From Candidatus Hydrogenedentota bacterium (GTDB taxonomy: Bacteria > Hydrogenedentota > Hydrogenedentia > Hydrogenedentales > CAITNO01): DNA of 64,000 nt. The notes beneath the pieces are model-generated. The model saw nothing but the letters and a program-made list of their open reading frames with translations. It was not told where the DNA came from and made no database searches. Each line of letters opens with the position of its first letter. The first letter of the stretch is position 1. Made by a program: the position numbers and the translations under genes. Below, piece by piece: positions 26,463-35,977 of the stretch. The stretch covers positions 7,288-71,287 of the forward strand of contig JAAYBJ010000013.1 of the NCBI GenBank assembly GCA_012730105.1. Reading direction: 5' to 3'.

Positions 26463-27914
26463 ATGCATGTACTTTTTGTGTTGAACATCCCCTACGCCAT
26501 TGAACCTCATGGCGTCATGTTGCTTTCCTCCATCTGCAAGCAAGCCGGCCACAAGGTCAGCCTTACCCTTCTGAAAAAGCATGACCTGGTGGACCAGGTA
26601 AAGACGCTTAAACCCGACGTGGTCGCGTACAGCGTCATCGGTAGCGAATTGGAGGCCTTCGCCCCGGCGGACCAAAAACTTCGGGAATACCTGAAGGCTT
26701 CAGGCCAGCGCGTGTTCCGCATCATGGGCGGCCCACACCCCACCTTCAGCCCCGGGATTCTGGATACGCTGGAACTGGACGCCATCTGCCAGGGCGACGG
26801 CGAGCGCGCCCTGCCCGCATTGCTGGAACGGCTTGAAAAAGGTGAGTCCCTCGAAGGCATTCCGAATATCGGGTTGACCGGCGAAGGGGCCCAACTCCGT
26901 GAAAAACTCAACAGCGAAGAACTTGACCAGTTACCCTTCGCCGACCGTGACATTTATTATGACGCCGTGCCCTATATTCCCCAGACCGGGCTGCGCTCCT
27001 TCATGGCGTCCCGTGGCTGCCCATACCACTGCACCTTCTGCTACAACCACGTGTACAACCGCATGTTCAAGGAATGCGGCCCCTTGTTGCGTCGCCGTTC
27101 CGTGGACAACCTGCTGTCGGAAGTGGAGCATGTCATCAAGCGCTATCCGCCTGTGCGGTTCATCCGCTTTTTCGACGACACCTTTTCGCTCACCGTGGAC
27201 GACTGGCTGCGTGAGTTTTCCGAGCAATACCCCAAGCGCATCGGCATCCCCTTCTACTGCCTGATGCGCCCGAACACCTTCACGGAAGAGGCGGCGAAGC
27301 TGCTCAAGGCGGCCGGGTGCTATTCCATCTCCATGGCGGTCGAGGCCGGTTCCGAGCCTATCCGAAACGGCATCTTGAAACGCGGGCTGTCCGATGAAGA
27401 AATGCGCCGCGCCTTTGACCTCGCCCGGAAATACAACATCAAAACCTATGGCAACACCATGATCGGCATTCCGGGCACCACGCTTGAAGATGACTTCAAC
27501 TCTTTGAACTTCACGCGCGGCCTGAGGCTGACGGTGCCGACCTTCAGCGTGTGCAGCCCCTCGCGCGGCACCGAGCTGGCCGATTACGCCATCGAGCACG
27601 GCTATATGCCGCCGGACGCTGATTTCCTCACCCGTTTTTCCGCCATGAGCCCCTTGAACACCTACACGCTAAAAGAGAAAAAGATCCAGGCACGCATTGC
27701 CTGCCTGGGCACCTTCTACTGCACGGTGCCGGGATTCCTGCTGCCCTTCGCACGGGCCCTGATCAAAGGGCCCATCCCGCTTGGGCTGGCGAAAAAAGCC
27801 GGGTTCAGTTTCGCCGTGTTCCGCATCGCGACGCGATTATTCCCCCACGCCATCCCGAAGAACCCCATTACCATCCTTAAAGTTGCCTGGGACGGCATCC
27901 GGTATTTCTGGTAG
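26463..27914 (+). CDS. B12-binding-domain radical SAM protein
   Basis: An N-terminal Rossmann-like B12-binding-type domain is followed by the CX3CX2C cluster motif GCPYHCTFCYN. The ATG at 26463 (MHVLFVLN) is preferred over the track start. Confidence 0.8.
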   Translation: MHVLFVLNIPYAIEPHGVMLLSSICKQAGHKVSLTLLKKHDLVDQVKTLKPDVVAYSVIGSELEAFAPADQKLREYLKASGQRVFRIMGGPHPTFSPGILDTLELDAICQGDGERALPALLERLEKGESLEGIPNIGLTGEGAQLREKLNSEELDQLPFADRDIYYDAVPYIPQTGLRSFMASRGCPYHCTFCYNHVYNRMFKECGPLLRRRSVDNLLSEVEHVIKRYPPVRFIRFFDDTFSLTVDDWLREFSEQYPKRIGIPFYCLMRPNTFTEEAAKLLKAAGCYSISMAVEAGSEPIRNGILKRGLSDEEMRRAFDLARKYNIKTYGNTMIGIPGTTLEDDFNSLNFTRGLRLTVPTFSVCSPSRGTELADYAIEHGYMPPDADFLTRFSAMSPLNTYTLKEKKIQARIACLGTFYCTVPGFLLPFARALIKGPIPLGLAKKAGFSFAVFRIATRLFPHAIPKNPITILKVAWDGIRYFW

Positions 27915-27949
27915 AGGTTAGCAAATTTACTTCAGGGCGGCAAGGGAAG

Positions 27950-28012
27950 TAGGACCCATAGGACCTATAGGACCTGTAGGACGGGTAGAATGGGCAGGAT
28001 AGGTAGGACAAG
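27950..28012. repeat. Tandem array, 7 x 9 bp (TAGGACNNN), degenerating further to 28023
   Basis: The units are taggaccca taggaccta taggacctg taggacggg tagaatggg caggatagg taggacaag. It lies between convergent genes. Confidence 0.9.
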
Positions 28013-28071
28013 GACCCAAGGACACTGCCACATCCTTTGCCATAGATGAAGTGGGGCTGTAATAGAAAGTA

Positions 28072-30870
28072 TCAGGGGTGATAATCTTCACCCTGCATAT
28101 ATGCAATCATTGCATCCAAAAGGTACGCGCCTTCCGGGGTGTCAGCAAGGAGGTCCATGCCGTGGGTCATCAGGAACGGCGAGCCTGAGGGGTTCTTTTT
28201 CTCCATGATGTACGCGAAGTATTGGGTCTGTCCCTCGCCGACCGCGAGGTACTCAAATTCCCCGTATTGGGTGAGTGGAAGGGGGAGCCCTTTTTTGATG
28301 AGGCGGAACCAGAGGGGGTTCAGGATGCCACTGTGGGGAAAATCACCGAATACGGGATGGTTGGCGAAGGCGGTGCCCAGTTGGTCGCCCAGCCACCACC
28401 AGCCGAGTTCAATATTCGGCTTACCCCCGGCAGGACCGATCATGAGGCCACGCTTGCCCTGCTCCACCGCTGCCAGTAAGTCTGGATGGTCCCCGGAACC
28501 GAGGATAACGCCGGCGGAGGCCGCTTCGGGAGTGCCGGCTTTTGCCAATCCCGAATACCGGACCGACAGTACTTCATACAGGTCATCGGTGACAGCGATT
28601 GTCGTGCCGTCTTTCCTCACGCGTTTCGGAAAGAACCAGAGATCCCAGGCGTTCACGACATCGGTGTCCTCGAGCCGGGCCTCGAAAACGGCGTGAATCG
28701 GCGCGTCCAGTTCGGGAACCGTGAAAGAGGCCGTTCCCACCTCCTTGACGTCGCCGGGAGATACCGCAACGAGGTCCAGAGTGCCTTCCGCCAAAAGAGC
28801 CTCCCCGGCCACCAGCTGCCAGCCGATACGCGCCTCTTCCAAAGTTTCACCGGTAAAATGCGATATCCACAACCCGGCGGTGCAGGTATCCCCGGACACG
28901 GCGATGGCACTCTCCGGGGTGATGGTGGCCAGCAGGGCGGTCGGCCCGTTGAAACGGCGGAACTGATCCAGGGTCAATCCCCCCCGCTTCTCCTCCCAGA
29001 AGGCGTTCAGGAAACCCTGTCCCGTGTAAGTGCCCGCCTGTTCCACCATGACATCGACAATGGTCCAATAGGAATACCCGTCGCAGGCCGGATCGCGGCG
29101 TGCTGATTCAAGTCCCCGCTTCTGGTAATAGCCCTGCAGCGCGTGGGCGGCATCGAGACAAGCGTCGCCCCAGGCGCGGTCGAGTCCCGCCGCTTCCAAG
29201 GAGGCTTCGTAGTCTTCCAGAGAACGGGGCGACGGAATGGCGCCTGTGAATTTCAGGGCGTTGCGGGGATCCATCTTGATGCCGAGGTTCAGATACTCGT
29301 GGGCGATGAAGGGCGCTTCGAGGGCATCGAACGCGCCCGGCGCCCAGGGATTGATGGACGAGGCCAGGCCGTACCCGTTCGGTGTGTAATAATCAGTGTT
29401 GCCCTGCATGTTGCAGCCGCCGTCCTGATGCTGGAAAATCCGATCGGGGTCGTTCTGTTTCGCCCATTGGTACAGTTCCCGATCGAGGGGCGTGCCGATA
29501 TGGCCTTCATTGCCCAGGGAATAAGAAGCGAAAGACACATAGCGTCGGTAATGGCGATACAGTTCCGCCAGGTCCCGCATGGGATCGAACTCAAAACCCT
29601 CGGTGGTGATATCGTGATAGTAGGGCAGTTCCGGCTGAATAAGGATGCCGATTTCGTCCGCCGCCTCATAGTGCTCCGGAATTTCACAGTGGGTGTGATG
29701 CCGGACATAATTGAACCCCGCCTCCTTGGCAATACGCAGGTGTTTCCTGTGCACCTCGCGGTCCGGCGGCGAGATGAGCGTCAAGGGATAGATATAATCA
29801 TCGCCATACCCGCGCGCCAGGAAAGGTTTGCCGTTCAGGAAAAAGCGGTCTCCCCGCACTTCCAGTTTGCGCAGGCCGAAGCGTTCGTTCCATCCGTGAA
29901 GGGGTATGTCGCCTTCCAGCAAAGTCACCTCGGCCACATACAAGTCCGGCGACTCGGGCGTCCAGAGTTGCGCCCCGGGCAACTGCACTTCACAGGTGAT
30001 GTCGGCACCGCCGGTCTCGTTTAATACGACCTCCCGGCGCAAGGTTCCCACGACCTCAGTGTCAGGGGATTTTACCTGAATGTCCACCGTCACGTTTGCA
30101 GGGGTATCGCCTCCCCCGCCTCGCAGGCTGATATTTACCAGTGCCGCAGGTTTTTCTATGTCACCGCGCACCCACACATCCTCTATCCTCAAGTCTGGCG
30201 TGGCTTCCAATTCGATATCCCGGTAAAACCCTCCAAAGCGGTGATAGGCGGTCATACAACCCTTGCGACTGGGCGTATCGTTTCGCACCGTCGCGACCAG
30301 TTCCGCCGTCTCGCCTGGCGTCACAAGACCGGTGATATCATACTTATAAGCGCCGCAATAGGTATTTAGATGGGCAACGCGCTGCTTGTTCACCCAGAAC
30401 CACGCCTCCGTGCGTACGCCCCCCACTTTCAGCCAGATCCGTTTCCCCTGCCAATCTGCCGGAATATCCACGGACCGGCGGTACCGCGCGGTTCCCATAT
30501 ACAGATGGTTTATCGGGCGCGGAATGCGGTCAAAGGGCGGGTCCCAGGGCAGGCTCATGCCCGGCTCGCCCACCCCCTGGGCCTCCCAGCATCCCGGAAC
30601 CGTTATGGCACGAACACCGCTCCAGTCCGGTTCATTCCATTCCGGCCCCTTGCCCATGCGGTGCCGCCCCATGAGCATCGGGTCCGTAACGAAGTCCCAC
30701 TCACCGCGCAATGAAACAATCTGTTGCAGTGGCGAAACGGTCACTGAATTTACCACAGCCGGCGAAGGGGGACATGGCCCCCAATGGTCCGTGAGTTCCG
30801 CGCTCGCGCAGACAAACGCGGCCAGGGACACGATCACAGTAATACCCAATCTTTGGGAATTAGAAAACAT
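28072..30870 (-). CDS. Glycoside hydrolase family 2 enzyme (beta-galactosidase/glucuronidase-like) with extra C-terminal domains
   Basis: It has a signal peptide after the ATG at 30870 and the sugar-binding N-domain (GEWDFVTDP, ITVPGCWEAQG). The TIM barrel shows GFNYVRHHTH and SLGNEGH. Confidence 0.8.
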   Translation of the reverse strand: MFSNSQRLGITVIVSLAAFVCASAELTDHWGPCPPSPAVVNSVTVSPLQQIVSLRGEWDFVTDPMLMGRHRMGKGPEWNEPDWSGVRAITVPGCWEAQGVGEPGMSLPWDPPFDRIPRPINHLYMGTARYRRSVDIPADWQGKRIWLKVGGVRTEAWFWVNKQRVAHLNTYCGAYKYDITGLVTPGETAELVATVRNDTPSRKGCMTAYHRFGGFYRDIELEATPDLRIEDVWVRGDIEKPAALVNISLRGGGGDTPANVTVDIQVKSPDTEVVGTLRREVVLNETGGADITCEVQLPGAQLWTPESPDLYVAEVTLLEGDIPLHGWNERFGLRKLEVRGDRFFLNGKPFLARGYGDDYIYPLTLISPPDREVHRKHLRIAKEAGFNYVRHHTHCEIPEHYEAADEIGILIQPELPYYHDITTEGFEFDPMRDLAELYRHYRRYVSFASYSLGNEGHIGTPLDRELYQWAKQNDPDRIFQHQDGGCNMQGNTDYYTPNGYGLASSINPWAPGAFDALEAPFIAHEYLNLGIKMDPRNALKFTGAIPSPRSLEDYEASLEAAGLDRAWGDACLDAAHALQGYYQKRGLESARRDPACDGYSYWTIVDVMVEQAGTYTGQGFLNAFWEEKRGGLTLDQFRRFNGPTALLATITPESAIAVSGDTCTAGLWISHFTGETLEEARIGWQLVAGEALLAEGTLDLVAVSPGDVKEVGTASFTVPELDAPIHAVFEARLEDTDVVNAWDLWFFPKRVRKDGTTIAVTDDLYEVLSVRYSGLAKAGTPEAASAGVILGSGDHPDLLAAVEQGKRGLMIGPAGGKPNIELGWWWLGDQLGTAFANHPVFGDFPHSGILNPLWFRLIKKGLPLPLTQYGEFEYLAVGEGQTQYFAYIMEKKNPSGSPFLMTHGMDLLADTPEGAYLLDAMIAYMQGEDYHP

Positions 30871-30972
30871 GGACTTGCTCCTTGATAAGGCTTCTGCAAT
30901 AAAACCAAACATACATCACCCAGTATATCGGTGTCGAGGTGTATGAAAAAAGGGCGCTGCTTTTACGCTCGC

Positions 30973-31020
30973 TCCCAAGTGGTACTTGGGAAAGCACTTG
31001 TCCGCGAAGTTCCACTTCGC
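30973..31020 (-). repeat. Double-palindrome unit, copy E-a (inverted orientation)
   Basis: TCCCAAGT-GGT-ACTTGGGA is centred at 30982 and GCGAAGT-TCC-ACTTCGC at 31012, 30 nt apart. The reverse complement aligns with copy E-b. Confidence 0.7.
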
Positions 31021-31068
31021 AAAAATTGTAAAACGACGAAATACGCAAGACTGAACCATGCGAAAAGA

Positions 31069-31116
31069 GAAATGGTATTTCATGAGAGCTAGCGTTCCCA
31101 AATGGAATTTGGGAAC
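31069..31116 (+). repeat. Double-palindrome unit, copy E-b
   Basis: GAAAT-GGT-ATTTC is centred at 31075. The perfect palindrome GTTCCCAAAT-GGA-ATTTGGGAAC is centred at 31105, 30 nt away. Confidence 0.75.
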
Positions 31117-31209
31117 GAGGAGAAGATCAGATTGGTGGATGAGAAATACTTGGAATGTAGGCCTGTTTATATGATACTCTGCCACAGAGTTGCACCGCTT
31201 TTAGCGCCG

Positions 31210-33492
31210 CTATTCGGACCCGGATCCAATCAGCAGGGCCAGATCAATGAACTGGCCCCCAGTATCCTGCCGGGTGTGCACCGCGATGGTATTCTCACCC
31301 TCCTGCAGCAGCGGACGCGCCGCATCGGTCACCTCCACCCCGGCATACGTGTCATTCCATTTATCCGCCGTGAACATAGGTTTGCCGTTCAGATACACGG
31401 TGGTGTCATTGTCGTAATGAATGACCAGCATGGCCTTTTGGAAAGAGGCGCCGTCGTAAGTGAACGTGCTTCGCAACCATATATCCTTCCCCTGCCAGGG
31501 GGTGGTGATGAACTTTTCAGAGCCTTCCTTGTGTCCGAAAGCGCCTTTGCCTTCCTTCCAGCTGGAATCATCATAAGCGGGCTGTTCCCATCCGTCCGGC
31601 GCATCCGCTTCCGTATAGCGCCACAGGGCGGCCGTATCACCGTCGGGCTGGGCGCCGACCAGCACCGTCCACGCCAGAGTTTCCGAGGCCTCCTCTATGG
31701 GCGGGTTCTGCTCATAGGCGGCAGGCCAGCTATTGCTCGCGCGTATGGGCGCGATATCGAACTTGAGTGTCCGATCATAGTTATAGACACCATTCTGTTC
31801 CTGTTCGACATTGGTCAGCTGTGTGTAGCAAAATCCGAACATATACCTGTTGTCGAGCAAGACTTTAGTAAGCGCGTCATAACGCGCGTAGAAGGCGTCC
31901 AGGGATGCCGGCGTATTGCCGTAGCCCCAGGCGTCCGGGTTCAGGTTCCAGCCGATGCCGCCGTATTCGCTCACGAAAAAGGGAACAGGCATAGCGACCG
32001 GGCCGATGCCATATCGCGCGGGAAGGGTTGTCTCAAACACCGATGGTGCCCATCGTTTACCGAAGGATTCAGGGTTCTGATCATAATCATGGGCGTCCAG
32101 AAGCATCGGCTTTGGATAGGCATGTTCATAGCCGCTGGATTCCAGGACCGGCCGGGTACTGTCAATACGCCGGGTAAGATCCACGACCATTTTCTGCAGC
32201 GAGGCCGCAGAAGGCGGAGTCTCGTTGAAGGGGCACCAGCCGATGATGGACGGGTGATTGAAGTCCCGATACACGATTTCCTCCCATTCCGCGACAACCG
32301 GTTTTTGCGCGATTTCATTCGCGTAATCCATCCCCCAATTGGGAAACTCGCCCCACACCAGGTAGCCCAGTTTATCCGCCCAATAGAGAAAGCGCGGTTC
32401 GAACACCTTTTGATGAAGCCGTGCGCCATTAAACCCCGCCGCCTGTGATAAGAGGATATCGTTCTTCAGTGCCTCTTCCGTGGGCGCGGTCCAGACGCCG
32501 TCCGGGTAGAATCCCTGGTCCAGCACCAGCCGCTGAAACACTGGCTCGCCATTAATCAGGATGGCGCGTCCCTTGATTTCGACCTCGCGCATGCCAAAAT
32601 AGGAGGACACCCGGTCCAGAACGGTTTCCCCGGCAAGCACCGTCATTTCGAGTTCATAGAGGAACGGATCTTTCACGCTCCAAAGGCGCGGGTTCGACAC
32701 GGGCAACGTGAACCCGACAGAGGTACCCAGCCCGGCAACACGCATGCGGCCTACCTCTTTTCCATCGGTTTTCGCGACGACGGATACGCTTATTCCGTTT
32801 CCAGGGTTGTCCAGATAAAGTTTTAGATGCAGGCATTCGCCCTCAATATCCGGCACCGCCTCAAAACGCTTAATGCCCGTTTCCCCCAACGCCTCCAGCC
32901 ATACCGTCTGCCAGATACCCGTGGTGCGCGTATACAGACATCCGTAACTTTCCAGTTTCTGAGATTGTTTACCGCAAGCCTGCAGGCCGCTGCAGGTATC
33001 ATCAAAAGCGTGGACAATCACCGTATTCATACCGGGCTTCAGGGCCTTGGTGATATCAAAAGAAAATGCGGCGCTGCCGCCGGTATGTTCCCCAATCAAT
33101 GCATCATTAATATATACGGCCGTCTTCCAGTCACAGGCGCCCACATGGAACAGAACGCGCTTATCACGCCAGGTTTCCGGAATTTCGAAGTGACGCTGGT
33201 ACCACACGTTTTTCATGAAACCGGTCCTTCCCAGCCCGGACAGGGCGCTTTCCCGGCAGAAGGGAACCGTGATACGATCCGGATACGAGGCATCCCCCAG
33301 GAATGAAACAGCTTCGTCCGTTTCGGCAAAGTCCCACGCACCGTTGAGATTGATCCAATCCGTGCGCATCATCTGGGGATTCGGGTGTTCAGGCCTGGCG
33401 ACATCCTGTGCCGATACTCCGACGACCAATAGCGCGGAAAGTAGCACCACCCCGCAGAAACATTTACCGAAATATGTTGTTGCATTCGCCAT
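31210..33492 (-). CDS. Glycoside hydrolase family 2 enzyme with a C-terminal galactose-binding-like domain
   Basis: Signal peptide follows the ATG at 33492. Motifs are WINLNGAWDF, ITVPFCRES, GFNGARLHQK and WCPFNETP. The C-terminal beta-sandwich has WKEGKGAFGH..VYLNG. Confidence 0.8.
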   Translation of the reverse strand: MANATTYFGKCFCGVVLLSALLVVGVSAQDVARPEHPNPQMMRTDWINLNGAWDFAETDEAVSFLGDASYPDRITVPFCRESALSGLGRTGFMKNVWYQRHFEIPETWRDKRVLFHVGACDWKTAVYINDALIGEHTGGSAAFSFDITKALKPGMNTVIVHAFDDTCSGLQACGKQSQKLESYGCLYTRTTGIWQTVWLEALGETGIKRFEAVPDIEGECLHLKLYLDNPGNGISVSVVAKTDGKEVGRMRVAGLGTSVGFTLPVSNPRLWSVKDPFLYELEMTVLAGETVLDRVSSYFGMREVEIKGRAILINGEPVFQRLVLDQGFYPDGVWTAPTEEALKNDILLSQAAGFNGARLHQKVFEPRFLYWADKLGYLVWGEFPNWGMDYANEIAQKPVVAEWEEIVYRDFNHPSIIGWCPFNETPPSAASLQKMVVDLTRRIDSTRPVLESSGYEHAYPKPMLLDAHDYDQNPESFGKRWAPSVFETTLPARYGIGPVAMPVPFFVSEYGGIGWNLNPDAWGYGNTPASLDAFYARYDALTKVLLDNRYMFGFCYTQLTNVEQEQNGVYNYDRTLKFDIAPIRASNSWPAAYEQNPPIEEASETLAWTVLVGAQPDGDTAALWRYTEADAPDGWEQPAYDDSSWKEGKGAFGHKEGSEKFITTPWQGKDIWLRSTFTYDGASFQKAMLVIHYDNDTTVYLNGKPMFTADKWNDTYAGVEVTDAARPLLQEGENTIAVHTRQDTGGQFIDLALLIGSGSE

Positions 33493-33532
33493 GACACTCT
33501 CCTTATTAAAATACTCGGAACAAGCGCACCGC

Positions 33533-34360
33533 CTAAATCGTCTCAAAAAAACGTTTCCAGCCCGCGACATAATCGTCCATGGACTGCACAAAGCCCATAT
33601 TGTGATCTCCGCGGATTTCCAAAAATTCTTTCGGCGTATTTGCCGCCTCGAATATGGCCTGGCCATGTTTAAAGGGGATCAAGGTATCCTCCTTGCTATG
33701 GACAACGAGCAGGGGCGCATGGATATCACGAACCCGTTCAAGAGTAGGAAACTGATGCCTGATGCCCTTTGAAGGGAACTTGCCCAGCGGCATATCCCTC
33801 ACCACACCGGGCAGGGAAGTGAAGGTGCTTTCCAGGATAACAGCGGCCGGCACTACATTGGAGGCCAGATACGCCGTGGCCGCGCCTCCCAGGGAACGCC
33901 CGAACAACACAATTTCTGCGGGGGAGATGCCCCGGTCCACAGTCAAGTAATTCCAGGCAGCCTCGACATCCGCGCAGATGCGTTGTTCAGAAGGCCGCCC
34001 GGTGCTCAACCCATAGCCACCATAGTCATAGGCAAACACGGAAAAGCCCATGGAACGGAGGAGTTGAATGGACTCCAGGCGCCCGGCAATATTGCCCGCA
34101 TTCCCATGGCTGAAAAGGACGGTCTTCCCGGCCTCTTCCAAGGGTATGAACCATCCATGGGTCTTCTCTCCGCCAACCTCCAAGAAGACCTCTTCATACG
34201 CCCAATTAAACGGCGGAGACGCGGGCGTCCGGTCAATTCCCGAAGTCGCCGGGAACAATACTTTTTCCTGAAAGATGTACCCGAAGAACAGAAGCAGCAC
34301 GGCCAGGACCGGCAACAAAAGCACGAATGACCACATAGAGTGTTTCCATTTCATTTTCAT
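33533..34360 (-). CDS. Alpha/beta hydrolase (membrane-anchored, ABHD13/BEM46-like)
   Basis: N-terminal TM helix, HGNAGN oxyanion region and nucleophile elbow GRSLGG. A late Asp and His (GDHNMG) complete the triad. Confidence 0.75.
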   Translation of the reverse strand: MKMKWKHSMWSFVLLLPVLAVLLLFFGYIFQEKVLFPATSGIDRTPASPPFNWAYEEVFLEVGGEKTHGWFIPLEEAGKTVLFSHGNAGNIAGRLESIQLLRSMGFSVFAYDYGGYGLSTGRPSEQRICADVEAAWNYLTVDRGISPAEIVLFGRSLGGAATAYLASNVVPAAVILESTFTSLPGVVRDMPLGKFPSKGIRHQFPTLERVRDIHAPLLVVHSKEDTLIPFKHGQAIFEAANTPKEFLEIRGDHNMGFVQSMDDYVAGWKRFFETI

Positions 34361-34483
34361 TACGTTTTCCCGCCTTTTACAATACTGATTTTTAAAGGGC
34401 AAAACAAGACTTTGTCGTGAATTCAGGGGGTTTCAATGCCCGCCTGCTTTGCGCTATAGTACCCGGAAAAGAGGCATAAATCC

Positions 34484-35956
34484 ATGGAAACACTACAACG
34501 TCCCACCCCATCTTTACGGCTTGCGCTACTTCCCTGCGCGCTTCTCATCGGACTGATCGTACTCAATGTGTCTTTATTCGGCGATTCGGCCAGTTCCGGT
34601 CCCAACCAGATCGCGCTGCTGCTTTGCGGCATACTGGTGGCCATTCTGGGCCACCTTTATCTCGGCCTGCGTTACCGGGAAGTTGAAACACGGGCAATAA
34701 AATCCATCGTGCTCGCCATGGAAGCCATGCTGATCCTGTTGATCGTGGGCGCCCTGATCGGGCTCTGGATTCTCAGCGGCATTGTGCCCACCATGATTTA
34801 CTACGGCATTAAAATCCTTACCCCGGTTATATTCCTACCGGTAGTTTGTATCGTGTGTTCCATTGTGTCGCTTTCCGTGGGCAGCAGTTGGTCCACCATG
34901 GGCACGGTGGGCATAGCGCTCCTTGGCATCGGCAGAGCCCTGGGTTTTCCCGATCCGCTGGTGGCGGGCGCCATCATTTCCGGCGCTTATTTCGGCGACA
35001 AGATGTCCCCCCTTTCCGACACCACCAACCTGGCGCCCGGCATCGCGGGAAGCGAACTATTCACCCACGTGCGCCACATGCTGTATACCACAATTCCGAG
35101 TTACACCATCACCCTGCTTCTTTTCTCAGGCATAAGCCTGTTTTACAAACCTGCTGAATTTAACATTAACTCCGTGCAGGTAATACTATCAGGCATCGAA
35201 TCCATGTTTTCCATAAACTGGTTGCTGCTCCTGATTCCTTTGCTGATCATCATCCTGGCCGCACGGGGCATGTCCGCCCTTCCCGCGCTAACCCTGGGCG
35301 CCTTGCTGGGGGGAGCCGCAGCACTCCTGTTTCAGCCCGCGCGCTTCATGGCCGCTGACGGAACCCTGATGGTCTGGCATGAACGGTACATATTGCTAGT
35401 AATGACCGCTTACAACGGATTCGTATTGGAAAGCGGACAGGAATCGCTGGATTCCCTATTATCACAAGGCGGCCTGTCAGGCATGTATGACACCATATCC
35501 CTGATTCTTTCCGCCATGTTCTTTGGGGGCGCCATGGAGGCAACAGGGTTGATGCAGCGCATATCCGCAGCCATCCTGCATCATGTGCGCGGCGCGGCCA
35601 GTTTGATCACGGCAACCATAGGCACCACCATTCTGGTCAATATCTTTTTGGCGGAACAGTACCTGGCCATCGTGCTGACCGGCAGGATGTACCGTCTGGA
35701 ATACCGCAACCGGAACCTGGACGCCCGCAATCTCTCCCGCGCCCTGGAAGACGGCGGCACGCTCACCTCCGTGCTGGTGCCCTGGAACACCTGCGGCGCT
35801 TTTGCGGCCAGCGTTCTGGGCGTATCCACCTTTTCCTACCTGCCATTCTGTTTTTTCAATCTGCTTTCACCGCCCATAGCCGTGCTTCTGGCTTCGCTTC
35901 ATATCGGCATAAAAGAAATGGCTCCCGAAGCGCCGCCGGAGGCCGTGGACGCCTGA
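34484..35956 (+). CDS. nhaC: Na+/H+ antiporter, NhaC family
   Basis: 490 aa with about 12 TM helices. The NhaC-typical segment GDKMSPLSDTTNLAP is present. Confidence 0.75.
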   Translation: METLQRPTPSLRLALLPCALLIGLIVLNVSLFGDSASSGPNQIALLLCGILVAILGHLYLGLRYREVETRAIKSIVLAMEAMLILLIVGALIGLWILSGIVPTMIYYGIKILTPVIFLPVVCIVCSIVSLSVGSSWSTMGTVGIALLGIGRALGFPDPLVAGAIISGAYFGDKMSPLSDTTNLAPGIAGSELFTHVRHMLYTTIPSYTITLLLFSGISLFYKPAEFNINSVQVILSGIESMFSINWLLLLIPLLIIILAARGMSALPALTLGALLGGAAALLFQPARFMAADGTLMVWHERYILLVMTAYNGFVLESGQESLDSLLSQGGLSGMYDTISLILSAMFFGGAMEATGLMQRISAAILHHVRGAASLITATIGTTILVNIFLAEQYLAIVLTGRMYRLEYRNRNLDARNLSRALEDGGTLTSVLVPWNTCGAFAASVLGVSTFSYLPFCFFNLLSPPIAVLLASLHIGIKEMAPEAPPEAVDA

Positions 35957-35977
35957 TACGGTCAGGCTGCAGGACGC

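Noticed and set aside
27927-28043. 38-codon minus-strand mini-ORF with collagen-like triplets (..TGPIGPMGPTS..) running through the TAGGAC array
   Set aside because: The Gly-Pro-X periodicity is a trivial consequence of the 9-bp repeat. No Shine-Dalgarno precedes its ATG. A 19-codon Cys/His-rich plus-strand ORF at 27990 likewise lacks an RBS.
30916-31185. 89-aa minus-strand ORF in which the palindromes translate as repeated KFHLG / KYHFS / KWNFA / KYHLG. A related ORF lies at 6547-6819.
   Set aside because: The similarity between the two loci is confined to the ~50-nt palindromic block. The unit also occurs inverted. The track ORF covering the second palindrome of copy D (6713-6916) reads the shared block in a different frame, and the 6547-6819 frame that does match has no upstream start. 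The composition (F/H/K) is not protein-like. The signal is at the nucleic-acid level.
31102-32448. 448-aa plus-strand ORF opposite GH2 gene 2. The ORFs at 29143-30024, 59827-60918, 61036-62136, 55587-56441, 57649-58470, 58745-59455, 40647-41498, 11890-12861 and 14868-15695 are similar cases.
   Set aside because: All lie antisense to genes with strong motifs and have arginine/glycine-rich shadow composition.
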